Positions 23,812 to 36,929 of a stretch of DNA of 64,000 nucleotides are shown piece by piece. Position numbers and translations under genes: made by a program. The stretch comes from Lama guanicoe. Its lineage: Eukaryota. The stretch spans positions 10,589,657-10,653,656 of the forward strand of contig MU057340.1 of assembly GCA_013239625.1 (NCBI GenBank), read 5' to 3'. The notes under the pieces were generated by a model, which was not told where the DNA came from, did no database searches, and saw only the letters and a list, made by a program, of their open reading frames with translations. The stretch's first letter is position 1; each line of letters opens with the position of its first letter.

Positions 23812-24497
23812 TTTTTTTTTTTTAAATTGAAGTACAGTCAGTTTACAATGTTGTGTCAATTTCTAGTGTACAGAATAATGTCCCAGTCATACATGAACAT
23901 ACATATATTCCTTTTCATATTCTTTTTCATTATAAGTTACTACAAGATACTGAATATAGTTCCCTGTGCTGTACAGCAGGCCATTGCTGTTTATCTATTT
24001 TATATATAGTAGTTAGTATCTGCAAATCTAAAACTCCCAATTATCCCTTCCCACCTTCTTGGCCCTGCTCCATAATCACAAGTTTACTGTTTATATCTGT
24101 GAGTCTATTTCTGTTTTGTAAATAAATTCATTTTTTTTTAGATTAAACGTATGAATGATATCATATGGTGTTTTTCTTTCTCTTTCTGGCTTACTTCACT
24201 TAGAATGACCATCTCCAGGTCCATGCATGTTGCTNNNNNNNNNNNNNNNNNNNNNNNNNNNNNNNNNNNNNNNNNNNNNNNNNNNNNNNNNNNNNNNNNN
24301 NNNNNNNNNNNNNNNNNNNNNNNNNNNNNNNNNNNNNNNNNNNNNNNNNNNNNNNNNNNNNNNNNNNNNNNNNNNNNNNNNNNNNNNNNNNNNNNCTTTT
24401 CAAATTAGAGTTCCCTCTGGATATATGCCCAGGAGTGGAATTGCTGGATCATAGGGTAAGTCTATTTTTAGTTTTCTAAGGTAAGGAACCTCCATAC
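23812..24497 (-). mobile_element. L1 3' end, 5'-truncated, containing the assembly gap
   Basis: Poly-T tail, attgaagtacagtc...ttacttcacttagaatgac...atgcccaggagtggaattgctggatcata...aggaacctccatac; diverged TSD acacgatggtgac / acacaatggtgat. Confidence 0.9.
24235..24395. other. assembly gap (161 N)
   Basis: Run of N inside the L1. Confidence 1.
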
Positions 24498-24844
24498 ACA
24501 ATGGTGATTCTTCATTCAAAAATATTTTTGAGCTTGTTCTATGTGTGAGCCATGGGTGAAATAGGTAATTTATTCCTGTTTTCTCATTTAACCCACTTTG
24601 CCAAACGACACTTTGCCAAAGGTCAAGGAGAAGTGGCAGGCTGGCTGCAGGGCCGCGCTCTTTGTCTTGCCCAGGGGCTCCATGGGCGGGGCCTCTGTGG
24701 GTCGAGTCCCTGCTCAGCTGTCCTGGCCACTCCTCCTCTGGCCCTGGCCTTGAGGGCGGGTGGCTTCTTTACTCCTGGTCGCATTTCTTTTTGTGATGTA
24801 AGAAGAAGAACTGACCCTCTAGAGTCACAGAGACCAAGGACCAT

Positions 24845-25025
24845 CCTCCAGCTCTGATGGTCACTAGCTGTTTGATCTTGGGCAAGGCTTGGCAAATTCT
24901 CTGAGCCTCAGTTCACTCCTCTGTAAGGAGTGGTAACAACACTCAATCTACGGGGCTGTGGGGAGTAATGAGTGCTCCCAGCGGAGTGCCTGGCTCATGG
25001 TAGTTGCTCAAAGATTGTGAATCCC
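24845..25025 (+). mobile_element. MIR SINE
   Basis: cactagctgtttgatcttgggcaag...tctctgagcctcagttcactcctctgtaa...gtgcctggctcatggtagttgctcaa. Confidence 0.78.
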
Positions 25026-26824
25026 CTCCCTCCATACAAATCAGATGTGTCACTGGTCTCTGGACTAAAGCAGTCTTACTTCCTCATCATATTTCAAGTG
25101 TGGTGGGGCAGGGAGCAACCCTGGGGGTGTGGTGCAGTTGGCACTGGCTCTTGGTGTGTGCCAGGCATGGTGCTGGGAGCTCGCACCCTCTAAATGAGGT
25201 TTGATTATCGTGTTTGCTCTGAATGCAGGTGCACAATTTTCACAATTGTACAAATGAGGAAGCTGGGTCCACAGAGGCTGGATGGCTTGCCTCTGATCAT
25301 GTGGATAGCTAGTTTTAAATCCAGGATTATATCAAAGCGTGTCCTTTTCAGGATGCCAAACTTCCTACTAAGAGCAAGCATTTTGCTGGGCACTGGGGAA
25401 TTGCAGTTGAATAAGACATAGTGTCTCTCCCCGAGAAGCTCCTGGATTAATGGGACAGTGTGGCCTGTGTTCGTAGGGCCCTTAGAAAGCAGTGGTGTGC
25501 CCAGAATGCCATGGGAGCCCAGTGAGGAGGGCAACTGAGTGTGGGGGGACCCTCCGTGGGCCTTTGGCTTCCCTGGGGTCCATTGTCTGTGGTCTGGAGA
25601 CCAGATGCTCATTATTAGGTGAAACCTCAGGGCCAATTCAATGGAAATACTCCAGGGGCAGAAACTTGGCTGCGTCTGTGAGAATTTCCTCTCCACGTCC
25701 TCCTGGTTTGCAGGTGAAGTCATTGAGAGCCACTTTGGAAGATTTGCGCCTCATTGAGAAAGACATGGCTCTGTATGGTTTCCATCCGTCTTCTTGGTCT
25801 CCAAGATGACTTTTCTTTTTAACGGGGAGAGGAGCGCATTTCCCTGCCACCCGTCGGGGTTTAGCGCACCGCTGTGCCTTCTTACTGCTGCCAAGGAGAA
25901 GTGCGTGCTCTGAGTAGTAGTTCACGAAAGTTGTATCAGAGCCAAGAATCCAAGTGGAAACATTTACTCTCAGTACAGTATCGACCCTTGTTCTCCTGCC
26001 TCCTTCCTGAAGTCCAGCAGAGTGACCACTCCCCCCTCCACGCCCCCTACGGCCACCCACCCATAAGCTCCACCTCCTTCACGCCACACCTACTGGGCGT
26101 GGCCTCTGGCTCACTGCATCACTCAGTCATTGCCGAGCAGGTCTGGCCACTGTTTAGGAACTGTTGATACCAGGTTGTATCTCATGGATTGATTAGCTTG
26201 TAAGTGGGGGACTTCTGATGTTTAAGGACAACCAGAACTCTCTGAATTTTCTGCTGTGGAAAATGAATGGCTTCAACCTGATTCCCTTTAGTTGAGTCCT
26301 TCATGCCCACAAACCTTTCTTGGGTACCACCAAGGGCTCCAGAGAAGAATGTCCTGGTTCCTGCTCAAGGAGCTAATGAGTGGTTGCACGTTTGTAGGTG
26401 TGTGCGTGTGTGCATCCGAATGAATAATTACAGGTGGGATGGGATGTGTCCTATGCTGGGCAGGAGGGCGGAGTGATGAGGTAGCCATCATCCTGGTGAC
26501 ATCTGCATCCCCGTGGATGACCCAGCAGCTGGCCCCTTATCCAGACTCTTGACTGCTCATCTCCAATGGTCTTCTTCCTCCTGCACCTGTCACTTCAGAA
26601 CTTCCAGCCCTGGTCTAGTTACCCAGCCTCTGCCTCTCTATCCAATCACTTCTTGCCCATCCATCTTGAGATGTCTGTTTTTGATTCTGGCGATGACATT
26701 TGCAGCCTGGTGGTCCACTCGTGCCCAGCCCCGGATTCTAGAATCCTTGTGATGGGGCTGTTGGATGCACAGCTGCAAACAGGCCTTCGCCTTTGAGACA
26801 GGACTTCTCCCACATCTGCTGTAC

Positions 26825-26990
26825 CTTGTGTGCTAGATGTATGACCCTGGGAGGGTAAGTTGGCTTCTCTATTTCAGCCTCTTCATCTGTAAAATGGGGA
26901 TAATAATTGAACTTTCTCCCTAGAGCTCTGTTGGTGTGGGGCTTGACATGATGAGGGTATTCTAAGAGATGACCACACGGAAGGCTGTGA
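26825..26990 (+). mobile_element. MIR SINE
   Basis: atgaccctggg...tcagcctcttcatctgtaaaatggggataataat. Confidence 0.75.
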
Positions 26991-27350
26991 TTGTACATTT
27001 TGCAGGGATGCCCCTGAGGACCCTGACCTATATACCACATGGGGTCCCTTCAATGTGGACCCAGGAGAAATGTCTTTCAGATTACATAATTGGAAAAAGC
27101 TGGGGCTCACCTATGAAAGCAGTTTGTTTTGTATTCACATCAGGAAATTTGAGATGCTGCTGGTTCCTCACTGTACTTGGCTGCTAGGAAGCTCAGAACC
27201 CAGGCGGTGTCCTCTCTCTGGCGTGCAGGTGGCGTAGTCAGGTCTGTTTCCATGTACGAACTCTTTCTTTGGCTGCATCACTTTAATTTCCGTGATAGAT
27301 ACATTTGGAATTGCAGTCCAGCTCACACCAGCTGTTGTTACTTTGAGTAA

Positions 27351-27740
27351 TGCTCTCCAGAGAACTGTGCACCCCTCGCCCCCTACCCCCACCCAGTTCC
27401 TATGTTGAAGCTCTAACCCCAGTGTGATGGTATTTGGACGCAGGGCCTTTAGATGAAGTCACAAGCTGCTCATGGTGGGATTAGCACCCTTTGAAGAAGA
27501 GACACTAAAAAGCTTGCGTCCTCTCTGTCTCTCCTCTCACAGGCATGAAGGAAAGGCCATGGAGGACACAGTGAGAAGGCACCAGTCCACAGCCCAAGGA
27601 GAGAGCTCTCCCCAGACACTGACCATGCTGGCACCTTGACCTTGGACCTCAAGCCTCCGGAGCTGGAAGAGAATAAAGTCTTGTGGTTTCAGTTCCCAAT
27701 CTACGGCTTTTTGTCATGGTGGCGCAAGCTCAGACCCCAC
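27351..27740 (+). mobile_element. MaLR solo LTR (MLT1A/MLT1A0-like)
   Basis: tatgttgaagctctaaccccagtgtgatggtatttgga...gaggacacagtgagaaggca...gaccatgctggcaccttgaccttggac...aataaa...ttttgtcatgg. Confidence 0.85.
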
Positions 27741-30635
27741 AGCCAACCTCAAATAATTCCTGGAGAGGCGGCCACCACCCTTGATGAGTTGGGCCGAAGA
27801 TGACTTCTTCCTGGGGACTTGGGGTTGGACCAGCAGAGAGCTGGCACCTCCCCAGGCGACTTGAGCCCTGAGAAGTAGACGTGGAGGCCACAGATAAGTA
27901 GGGGGATGAGCAGCTCAGGGGAGCCAGTCTCCTGAGACAGAAGCGAGAAGCAGGTGGTCGAGCTGAACAGAGTTGAGGGAGCGCAGCTGGCATGTCTTGG
28001 GTCCAGAAAGAAGCCTTGTGCTGGTACCGCCCTCCTTCCTGGGACCCAGTTACGTTCTTGCTCTTGGGTTCCACTGATTAAATCTTACGTGTTTTTAATT
28101 GCAACGTCTCCCTCCTTTTCTTTTCTTTCTTTTTGCTTTTGTCCTCTTTTTATTTTCTTATAAAGCTAGCTTGAATTCATTTCTGTTACTTGCAAACAAA
28201 CAAAAATTCTCAAATGAGCCCTCTGCTCTGAACCTACACCTTGTCCTTATTTATGTTTTGGTGCTGCCTAATTTTCTGTGGGAACAGGTGGTTCTGAATA
28301 ACTGAAAAGAAGAGGGTATTCTCTTTGGAAGCTGGATGGGAGCTGAGGTGGGTCATAGTCTCTGAATGTCACAGTTAACAAGACGGAGCCATGGGGGGAG
28401 CCTCTGGACCACAGAGAGGTTGGTGGCTGACCCGGGGCTGCTTCAGTTATAAAAATCTCTCTTCTGCCACAAAGGAAAATTATTTTGGCCTGACCTGACT
28501 TTTTTTTTTTTTTTTTAAAGCCTGTTAACTTTTTCCTAGTTTGCTCTGGCTTTGCTGGGAGTTGCAGAGTGGCGGGTTATTTGTGCTCATTTCTTGGAAC
28601 TCGCCATGATTAGGCTGTTATTGGGGACTGATGGGGGTGCTTACTCTCTAAACGTCCCTTTATGGTCTCCATTTCTATGGTAACCCACAGAGGCTGCTCG
28701 GTACCCACGGCCGCTTCCTTGGGAGAACCTGATAGAAGGAAACCTGAATTTGCAGAAGAGATAAAGGAGGTTGGCTGTGCATGCGGCTTTACAGCGGACC
28801 CACAGGTGGCCGGCTCCACACCCCCCCGCCCCCACCCTGCGCATTTGGCGCCTCTTCTCTGCACGGATCACAAACAGCGTCTCACACAGAATGGGCTCCA
28901 AATGACAGTTTTGGTGATTGACTGATGAGCCACTTGGGAAGTAGAGAAATGTGAAGCTGGGGTCGTGCTTTGCTGCTGCCCAGCAGAGATAAATCAGAGA
29001 GGAGGAAAAGGGCCTTGAGCAGGCAGCCACGGTCACGGGGAAATGGGACTCCATCTTTCAGTATGTGATTTCCATACAGTTTTTTTGGAAGCTGCTTGCT
29101 GCATAAACCCAGATATGTGTGAATTTTCTACACTGAGGTGCCTGAAGGCCCCAGGGACAGCTCCTCGTCCTGGGTCACAGCACTGGGCGAAGAAGTCAGC
29201 AACCACCATGGGGGATAAGCTGCATTTTGCAGACCTGAAGCTTTGAGCAGGAGGGGAGCGGGGGCTGCCCGACTCTCCTTCCCCAGGGGATCCGCGTTTA
29301 TGAGGCTTCTTGGTTGCAAAGAGCAGAGCAAAGGGCCCTTGCCCACAGGTGCTGGTTTGAAAAAGAAAGGGGCATTTATGAAAAAAAATGCAGAACTGCT
29401 TCCTGGACCCTAAGGGCAGGGCTATGGCTGAGCCTCAACAGGGGTGAGCCAGGTGAAAAGCAGCGAGCAGCTCAAGCAGCACAGTTATTCCATCCTTGCC
29501 TCACGCCATCTGGCTTCGTCTGCCTCTGCCTGCTCGTGGGGGCAGTGCACGGAGAAGGGGGCCACCCACAGCCCAGACCCCGAACAGGGTCCGCTCCCAC
29601 CCTGCTGGCAAGCCAGAGAGGGTGCACTTTGTAGCAGCAGGTGAGCTCAGAGAAATGCCATTGACTCAAGAGCTCCCAGGGGTACCTTTGGTTTCACACG
29701 AAGTCACCAAGCCTCCCTTGTGTGCGCATCCCTGTGGCAGACGCCAGCGGGTGAAATAGATAGGAACTGGCCTCAGCCTTGTCAGTTCACGCTCTGGCTG
29801 GGGAGGCGGAGAGGGAAAGAGACGAAGGATGGACATTGCCCGGGCGGGGACGGGTGGTAGAAGTACAGCGAGGGCTCGCTTTGTGGCCGGCACTGTTTAC
29901 CCGGTGGTCACAACCGGCAGTGTCCCTGCTCCGACGCGGTGACTACGTAGTCTAACGGAGGAGGCAGAGGCTACAAACACACCAGCCCGGACGTCTGAGA
30001 TTATTTTAAATTGCGAGCACCACGAAGGAAACAGGCGATCCTATCAGAAAGAACATCAGGGGTGTATCTGCGACCATGCGGGGAAAGCGACACTCAGGCT
30101 GGTTAAGGCCACTCGTACTCCGAGGCCCCAGAGCTCACACCTGGCCCTGCCGGCCCTGCCACTACAGGTGACTTTAGGTGACTGGTCATCCGAAGACCAG
30201 GCGAGGAGGGGCGGGAGGAGCCTGCATGGTGGAGGGGTCCCTGCCCTGGGACTCAGAGGACCCGGGAGAGCCCCTGTGCAGGGCATTCAACCCCTCACGC
30301 TTTCTTCTCCAAGCAGCGAGGAACACCTCCCACGGAATCACCCCGGGAGATCAGACAAGGCCCGGCTGGCGGTCCTGCTTGGATGGCCCTGTGACACTGT
30401 GCAAATATAACAGGCTATCACTCACGCAGCAGTGTTTCCTTGTGCCGGTTCCATGCCGGGCGCCGGGGTGATTCAGTGGTTTCTGAGACAGAGCCCTCGC
30501 TCACCGGCCTCCTAATCTAACGGGGGAACTCGAGCGGGAAACACAGGACGGGAGCTGGCACAGTAAATTTCTCCCAGTACCGCCCACGGACACTGGTGAG
30601 TGATGCTCTGGGAACACCAGTCACGTTGCAGCTCC

Positions 30636-30930
30636 TTTTCTTTTTTAAATTGAAATATAGCTGATTTACAATGTTGTGTTAGTTTCAAGTGTACAGCGTA
30701 GTGAGCCAGTTATTTTTTTTTGTAGATTATAGTCCATCAGAGGTTGTTACAAGATGCTGCGTACAGTTCTCCGTGCCATACAGTGCATCCTTGTTATCTT
30801 TTTATACAGAGTAGTTTGTTAATCCCATTCCCCTAATTTGCCCCTCCCCGTCCCTCCCCCCTCGGTAACTATGTTTATCTTCTTTGTTTCTGAGTCCATC
30901 TCTGTTTTGCATATACATTAATTTTTTTTT
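30636..30930 (-). mobile_element. L1 3' end fragment (first of a tandem pair)
   Basis: attgaaatatagctgatttacaatgttgtgttagtttcaagtgtacagc...ggtaactatgttt...tctgttttgcatatac. Confidence 0.85.
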
Positions 30931-30939
30931 ACATATTGT

Positions 30940-31255
30940 TTACTCTTTATTTATTTTAATTGAAGTAGTTGATTTACAATTATTGTATTAGTTTCTGGTG
31001 TGCAGTGTAGTGATTGAGTTACACACACACGTATGTATATTCCTTTACAGATTCTTTTTCATTTTAGGTTATTACAAGTTATTGAATAGAGTTCCCTGTG
31101 CTGCACAGTAGGACCTTGTTGTTTATCTCTTTTATATATAGTAGTGTGTATCTGCAAATCCGGAACCCACCTCCCTTGGTAACCGTAAGTTTGCTTTCTG
31201 TGTCTATGAGTCTGTTTCTGTTTTGCACATGCATTCATTTGTATCATTTTAGATT
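30940..31255 (-). mobile_element. L1 3' end fragment (second of a tandem pair)
   Basis: attgaagtagttgatttacaat...gttccctgtgctgcacagtaggaccttgttgtttatc...ttcatttgtatcatttttagatt. Confidence 0.88.
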
Positions 31256-31579
31256 AAACCCTTCAGTGCCCCCTTGGCCCAGGAAGAAGCTGGAGCTCTC
31301 AGTGGTGCTGACAGCACCCGGGGTCATCCTCTCCTGCTGCTGCTCCTCTGAGCGCACCTTGCCTGCCTGCTCCTTGTCCCTGCACGTGTTCCTGCCTCCT
31401 TTCCTACATACCTTTATTACTTAAAGCTGTTCTTCTATGGAGCTCTGCTGATCCCCCCGGCCCTCCACCCCTCTCTCCCCCTGTGCTGTCGTTCACGCTC
31501 TTCTCGGTGCCAAATCCAGTTCTCACATGTAGCTCCCTTCCTGCGTGCGGCAATCACTCTCCAAATATTTCTTTATATC

Positions 31580-32062
31580 TGTAAAAGAGGGCTCTTTAGT
31601 TGCAAGTCACTGAAATCTAATCAGAACAGCTTAAATTGGAAAAAGTGATTGTGATTCTTGTGCTTGTTCTCTCAGGTGAGTCATGACACAAGGAAATTCA
31701 AGAAGCAAAGCTGGTTTCAGGTGCAGCTGGATCCAGGGTTGTGCCATCACGAAGGTGACTTTTTGCCTATCTATTGGCTGGATTTTCTCCATTTGGCTTT
31801 ATTCTCAGGCAGATGCTCCCTGGGGTGGTGAACACAGCTGCTGGTGGCTCCAAGCTATGTTCTTTTCCAGTAGTTTCAGCCAAAGTCTGGACTGACTCAG
31901 TTGTGTGCCCATCTCTGAGCCAACTGTGTAGTTGGTGGTATGGACACTCCAACTGGCCAGATGGGGGCCCCGTGCCCGGGACGTCAGAGATGACCAGCTC
32001 TAGCTGAAACTGTGTGAGCTCTGAAGTGTGGATCTTCAGGGAAAAACACAGGCACTACCAGG
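31580..32062 (-). mobile_element. MaLR LTR (MLT1J-like)
   Basis: ctctttagttgcaagtcactgaaatctaatc...ggtttcaggtgcagctggatccaggg...ctttattctcaggcag...gtgcccatctctgagccaact. Confidence 0.75.
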
Positions 32063-32369
32063 TAATTTTCCCCGCCTCCCTCAAAGCCTAATTCTTGCAG
32101 ATTTCGTTAGTGTTGAACCAATGCTTTCCATGTCCCAATTTTTTGTATATGCATTCTTTTCAGATGTATTGAACAAAGAAACAAAAAACCCTTAAAAAAA
32201 AGGGGAGAAGGGATTCTGGACAAGCAAGTATCAAAATATCCACTTGGGTCCCATCTGCAGACTCCTTCTTCAGTGAAATGTTTGAGAACCGGAGCCGTGT
32301 TTCACTGCTCTTTGTGTCCTCACTGGCTGTCCTGGGGCTGGAACACAACATTTGGGAATGTGTTGGGAG

Positions 32370-33060
32370 GAGCAAAAGAATCAGGGAAGCCACACCCAGC
32401 TTTGGGACGGAGGGATAGGGTACAAGGTGGGCACTGACCAATGAGTAGAAATGGCTGGAATGACTGAGGGAGAAATTATGAGGACAGTTGGCAGGAACTG
32501 GAGATGGACTATTGCAAGGAGCTGTAGGGAAGCCACAAGCATGTCTAGGGTTTCTGCTCTGAGTAACGAGAAGGAAGATGGACACTATGGGGATACACTG
32601 GTTTATCCCTGCATGTCCTCCACTCGGGATGTCCCAGGGGAGATGCTCAGCTGGTGTTTACAAATCTGGGTCTGGAGCTCAAGAGAGAGGTCATCGCCAG
32701 ACCTACATATCTGAGCATTTTCAAGGAGAAAGTGTGAGCGTGGACTAAAACACAGAGTGCAGGGACAGAAGGGCAGGGCTACAACCTGGGGACGGCCCCA
32801 GTGTGGGAGGCTGAGCTGGAGAAGGACCACTGGCCGGGGACCACTGCAGGGCCAGATCCAAGGGGAACAGACAGAAGCCAGAGGGTTACAGGACCCAGGG
32901 GAGAAAAGCCTCCCAGCAGAGGAGGGCAGCAGTGTGAGCTGCTCCAAGTGGTCCATGGCGATGAGCTCAAGAAAAGACCCTTCCCTGCAGCATTTAAAGC
33001 ACCATGGGTGGTCTTCAAGGAGACACTTTGAGAAGCAATAGGAAGGCAGGAGGCAGATGT
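32370..33060 (-). mobile_element. L2 LINE fragment
   Basis: ggagatgctcagctggtg...tgggtctggagctcaagagagaggtc...gccagagggttacagga...aaagacc. Confidence 0.65.
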
Positions 33061-34540
33061 GAGGGCTGAGGGCTGAGAACGAGGAGGAAAACCTAGGACC
33101 ACAACCCCTTGAGCCAGACAAGCAGAGTCCTTTCCAGAAAACAAAATGCTCCCAACTCTGCAGGCCTAATTATCGCTGTTCCTTAAACACTGCGAATCAG
33201 CCTCTTGGGTCTCTGGTTCCCCACTTGTAAAGTTTGGACTGAATTACCAGTGGCTCCTAAACGTAATACAAAATTGACAAGTGGCTGTGGACTCAGGGCA
33301 AAGGGTGGGGAAATAAGATTTTTTCCTGACGCACCTCTCCTTTTGAAGGTAATGGGAGAGGATGGACGTTCGTATTTGAAATCGATATTTTAGGAGACTT
33401 AATGGCAGCATGACAATTGCACATTTGTGGCCCTTGAAAGGGCAGACGTGTGCAAATCAGAGAAGATGGAAGAAAATTGGTAATTTCATGACTTGCTCGA
33501 GAAGGAACATTCATGGAGAATGTTAACGAGGAGTGAAGTTACTGACAGGACCTCCCTTTCCTGTTAGTTTTTAAGAAACTTCTAGGAACAGATTTGGGGT
33601 TCGTTCACGACAGAGCTGCAGTGACTTCCCTGTCTGTAGAAATTAATTCTTATTTCTCACAGAGACGTTTAAGGCCCTGTGAAGTCTGAGCCCAACTTAT
33701 ATTTCGTGTTCTCTTGGCTCTAAAAATCCATTGTCCTTTGGGCATTACTGGCCTTCGATGCTGGTCCTTCCCAGCATTTGTTTATCCCACCCCACGTTAA
33801 TGGGTACCTACTACGTGCCAGGCCGTGTTTTAGGTGCAGGGAATGTGGTGGTGAATAAAACCACAGCATCTTGCTAAGCTGCCTGACATTAAAGTGTTTA
33901 GAGGGAGCAGGGCAGGATTGAGAGACCCTCAGAGAAGCAGAGCTGGACCCCTGACCCACAGCTGGAGTCAAGTTGTGTCTGAACTGCTCGGGATGTGAAG
34001 AAACACGGTTGTGATGATTTCAGCCCATCTGAGTTGGGGGTTTTCTGTTTCCTGCAGGAAACACATCTCATTATCCACCAGGATGTAAACCCCAGGAAGG
34101 CAAGACCCTCACTGTCTGCTTCATTCTTCAGTACCTGGGGCCTAGAAAAGTGGCCAGTGCATGTGGATAAATATTTGTTGAATGAAATATCTTGAAGAAA
34201 AGTTGTTCTAATGATGTTATTAGTAAAGAGTGATGGAATTGGTTAGTTAAGAAAACAGGCACATGCCTCTGGGGGCTTCTCCCAGATCACAGTTTCTGTG
34301 TAAGGGACCCCTGAGGAGTGGGTGGAGGGCCTGGGCCAGCTGGCTGCAAACCAGTATCATCTACAAATAACACCCAGTGTCATCACAGGGCCTTTTTTCT
34401 TGAACCCAAAGCCCAGAACGATGGTTCCTATAGGAAAATAACTTGGGAGTTTTTTCCTAAACTACACACACCTGCTTTGAACTGCTTAACTGCAAGAAAG
34501 ACATTTTTGAGACAACTGGGGAAATGTGATTATGGGTTAG

Positions 34541-34733
34541 TTCCAATAGACATAGAGTGCAAATCATGTAAGCAATTTAAAGTTTTCTAGTAGTCACATT
34601 AAAAAAAGGGAAAAGAAACAGGAAATTACACTTAATAATGTTGTTTTACTTACATATGTCCAAAATGTTATCGTTTCAAGGTATAATCTATGTAAGAAGG
34701 TATTCATGGAGTATTTTACATCCTTCTTTTCAT
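34541..34733 (+). mobile_element. MER33 5' fragment
   Basis: tccaatagacata...tttaaagttttctagtagtcacattaaaaaaa...gaaacagg...gtccaaaatgttatcgtttcaa...tattttacatcctt. Confidence 0.78.
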
Positions 34734-36929
34734 GGATGACTATGGCTGAGCTGTGAAATTTGCCTTGCTCGGGAAACGGATCTAAAGAAAGACTCAGCCT
34801 GAAGGGTGGTCTCCCATCCTGGCTTGACTACAACAGTGCTGTGTGTGCACTGACCGTTTATTTCCCTCTCTGGGCCTTCATTTCATCATCTATAAAAAGG
34901 CCCTATGTGCCTCGTAACCTGAAGCTTCAGGACAAGTATGTGAAGTGGGCACTACTCACCCTTTCTACCTGTGAAGATGCTGGGGCTTAAAGAGCTTGGG
35001 TCTCCTAGCTTGGGAAGGTGGAATTAAAAGGGAACCCAGGTTTGCCTGACCCTGTAAATGCATTGCCCTTTCAGACCAGAAACCTCCCAGGAACTACCAC
35101 CGTCTTTCCTCCTCACTCTAGGATCCTGGGCGGGGCTGCAAGACTCTTCTGTCTGGTCTGACAAGCTGAAGCCAGTGGAACCCTGGGAAAGGATGTGTGT
35201 GGGGGGTAGCAAAGACCCGTTTGTTAAAAAGAAAACTAAAAATACATGGAATGATGCAACATTTGCATAGCTCTGCCTTAGGATGCGAAGGTGTGATTTG
35301 CTTTTGAATATAAAGGGGGTCAGGGCTTCGCTTGCTTGCTCAGCAAGCCTGTCCTCATCAGCACCCCTGCCCCGATTCGGGACACGGGGCGGAATACCCT
35401 GAACCCCACCACACTTCAGTCTACTGGTGGGCCTTCCGCTATGTTTAGCAGTGATATCAAGGGAATTTCAGAGGCAAAATTAGCTTGGTGTTGCTGGTGC
35501 AAATAAATTCTTCTCAGTAGAGTGGCTGCAGCCTGGCTATTTAGCGATTGATGACCACTTGCCCAATAATAACTGGAATAATCTTTCATAATTCGGAGAG
35601 GTCTAATAAAGGGTTGCATTTAAACCAGATGCAAAGCATTCACCACCACCTCAACCTCCACCCCTTACTTTTTTCATACTCACTGACTAAATTAAGTATT
35701 TTTCATTGCTTTTTCTCCTGCAAAAGGATGAAAAGAACTGTGTTGCTGCTAAGTAAAAATAAGTATAATTTTCTCCCTGCGGGCTCACTGTTGACCCAGC
35801 ACGAAGGCCAAATGAACAGACAACCATGGTGATTTGCTAATCTCACATGCCTGATGAGTGGATATGAGCTGAAACAGGGCTGGCTCAGAAGCACAATCCC
35901 CGGGGGGATTCAGGAGATCCGGGATCTGACTCCCCGTCAGCCCACCGCGTCCCTGCTCTGCCCTCACCCCTTTGATGGGGACTTGAGCATGCAGCAGCCC
36001 AGGCTCTGAGGGAGACTAATTCTGTTCCTGCCGCCTGTGCCCTGAGCTTCCTGGGTGACCCTCGGGGTGAAGGACCTGCTTGTGGGGGTGCGGCTCTGAA
36101 GCAGCCGAGCACGTGCGGGAGCATTTAGTGCTGCTTCTAATTTCTAAGACAGCTTGGAGGCACCAAAGCCAGCATGTCCTGGGAATTTATTCTCGGCATT
36201 AATGGAGATAATTTGAGGAAACCACTTGGAGCTGTCCATGCTCACGGCCCCTCTCGTTTGCACTGCCTACACCCAATTAAGTCATCATTTTTAGAGCGCG
36301 AGCAACTTAGCCTGAAGAGAGAGGAGGTTGTGTGCTGAGATGTCGGAGGAAACCAGGGCTCGGGGTTTCTCTGCTGTTCCAGGAAGGGGGCCTGAGGGTG
36401 GAGGGATAGCCTGGCTGGCTCACTCTCTCACACACCCACCTTTTGCAAGGGAGGAACTGGGGGCTGGGGCAAGCCTGTGAGGGGCTGCATTGCTCCAGGG
36501 CAGCGATGTGAGAGCTAGGACCAATGAGATGTGGAGGTGGGGAGGAGGGGCAGAAGTGAGACCCCCCCCTGCCATCTTCCCGGTAAAAACTGTATCTGTC
36601 CATTGAGGGCACCAATGGAAGGGGGCACAGGGGAGAAGCACTGGCCCTAATAGTAACCGAGCAAAGAGATCATAGGTCCAGGAGAGGACTTGGGGGCAAC
36701 CTCTTTAAGTCTCTGTGTTGGAAACCAGCAGTGGCTTCAAAAGTAGGTGACTGGTAGACCCAAGTATATTCCCCACTAGGGGTTGCAGGTACAATACCTG
36801 GAATGTCACCGTGTAGAGTTCCAGGCAGAATGCAAGTACTCCTGGGAAGGGTCAGTACCTTTAACCGGGATCCCTGTGCAGACAACAGGCTCTGATCAGA
36901 GCACAGAAGAATGGACTCAGGATAGGTTT

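Noticed and set aside
24151-24454. ORFs containing long X runs
   Set aside because: Artefacts of the 161-N assembly gap inside an L1.
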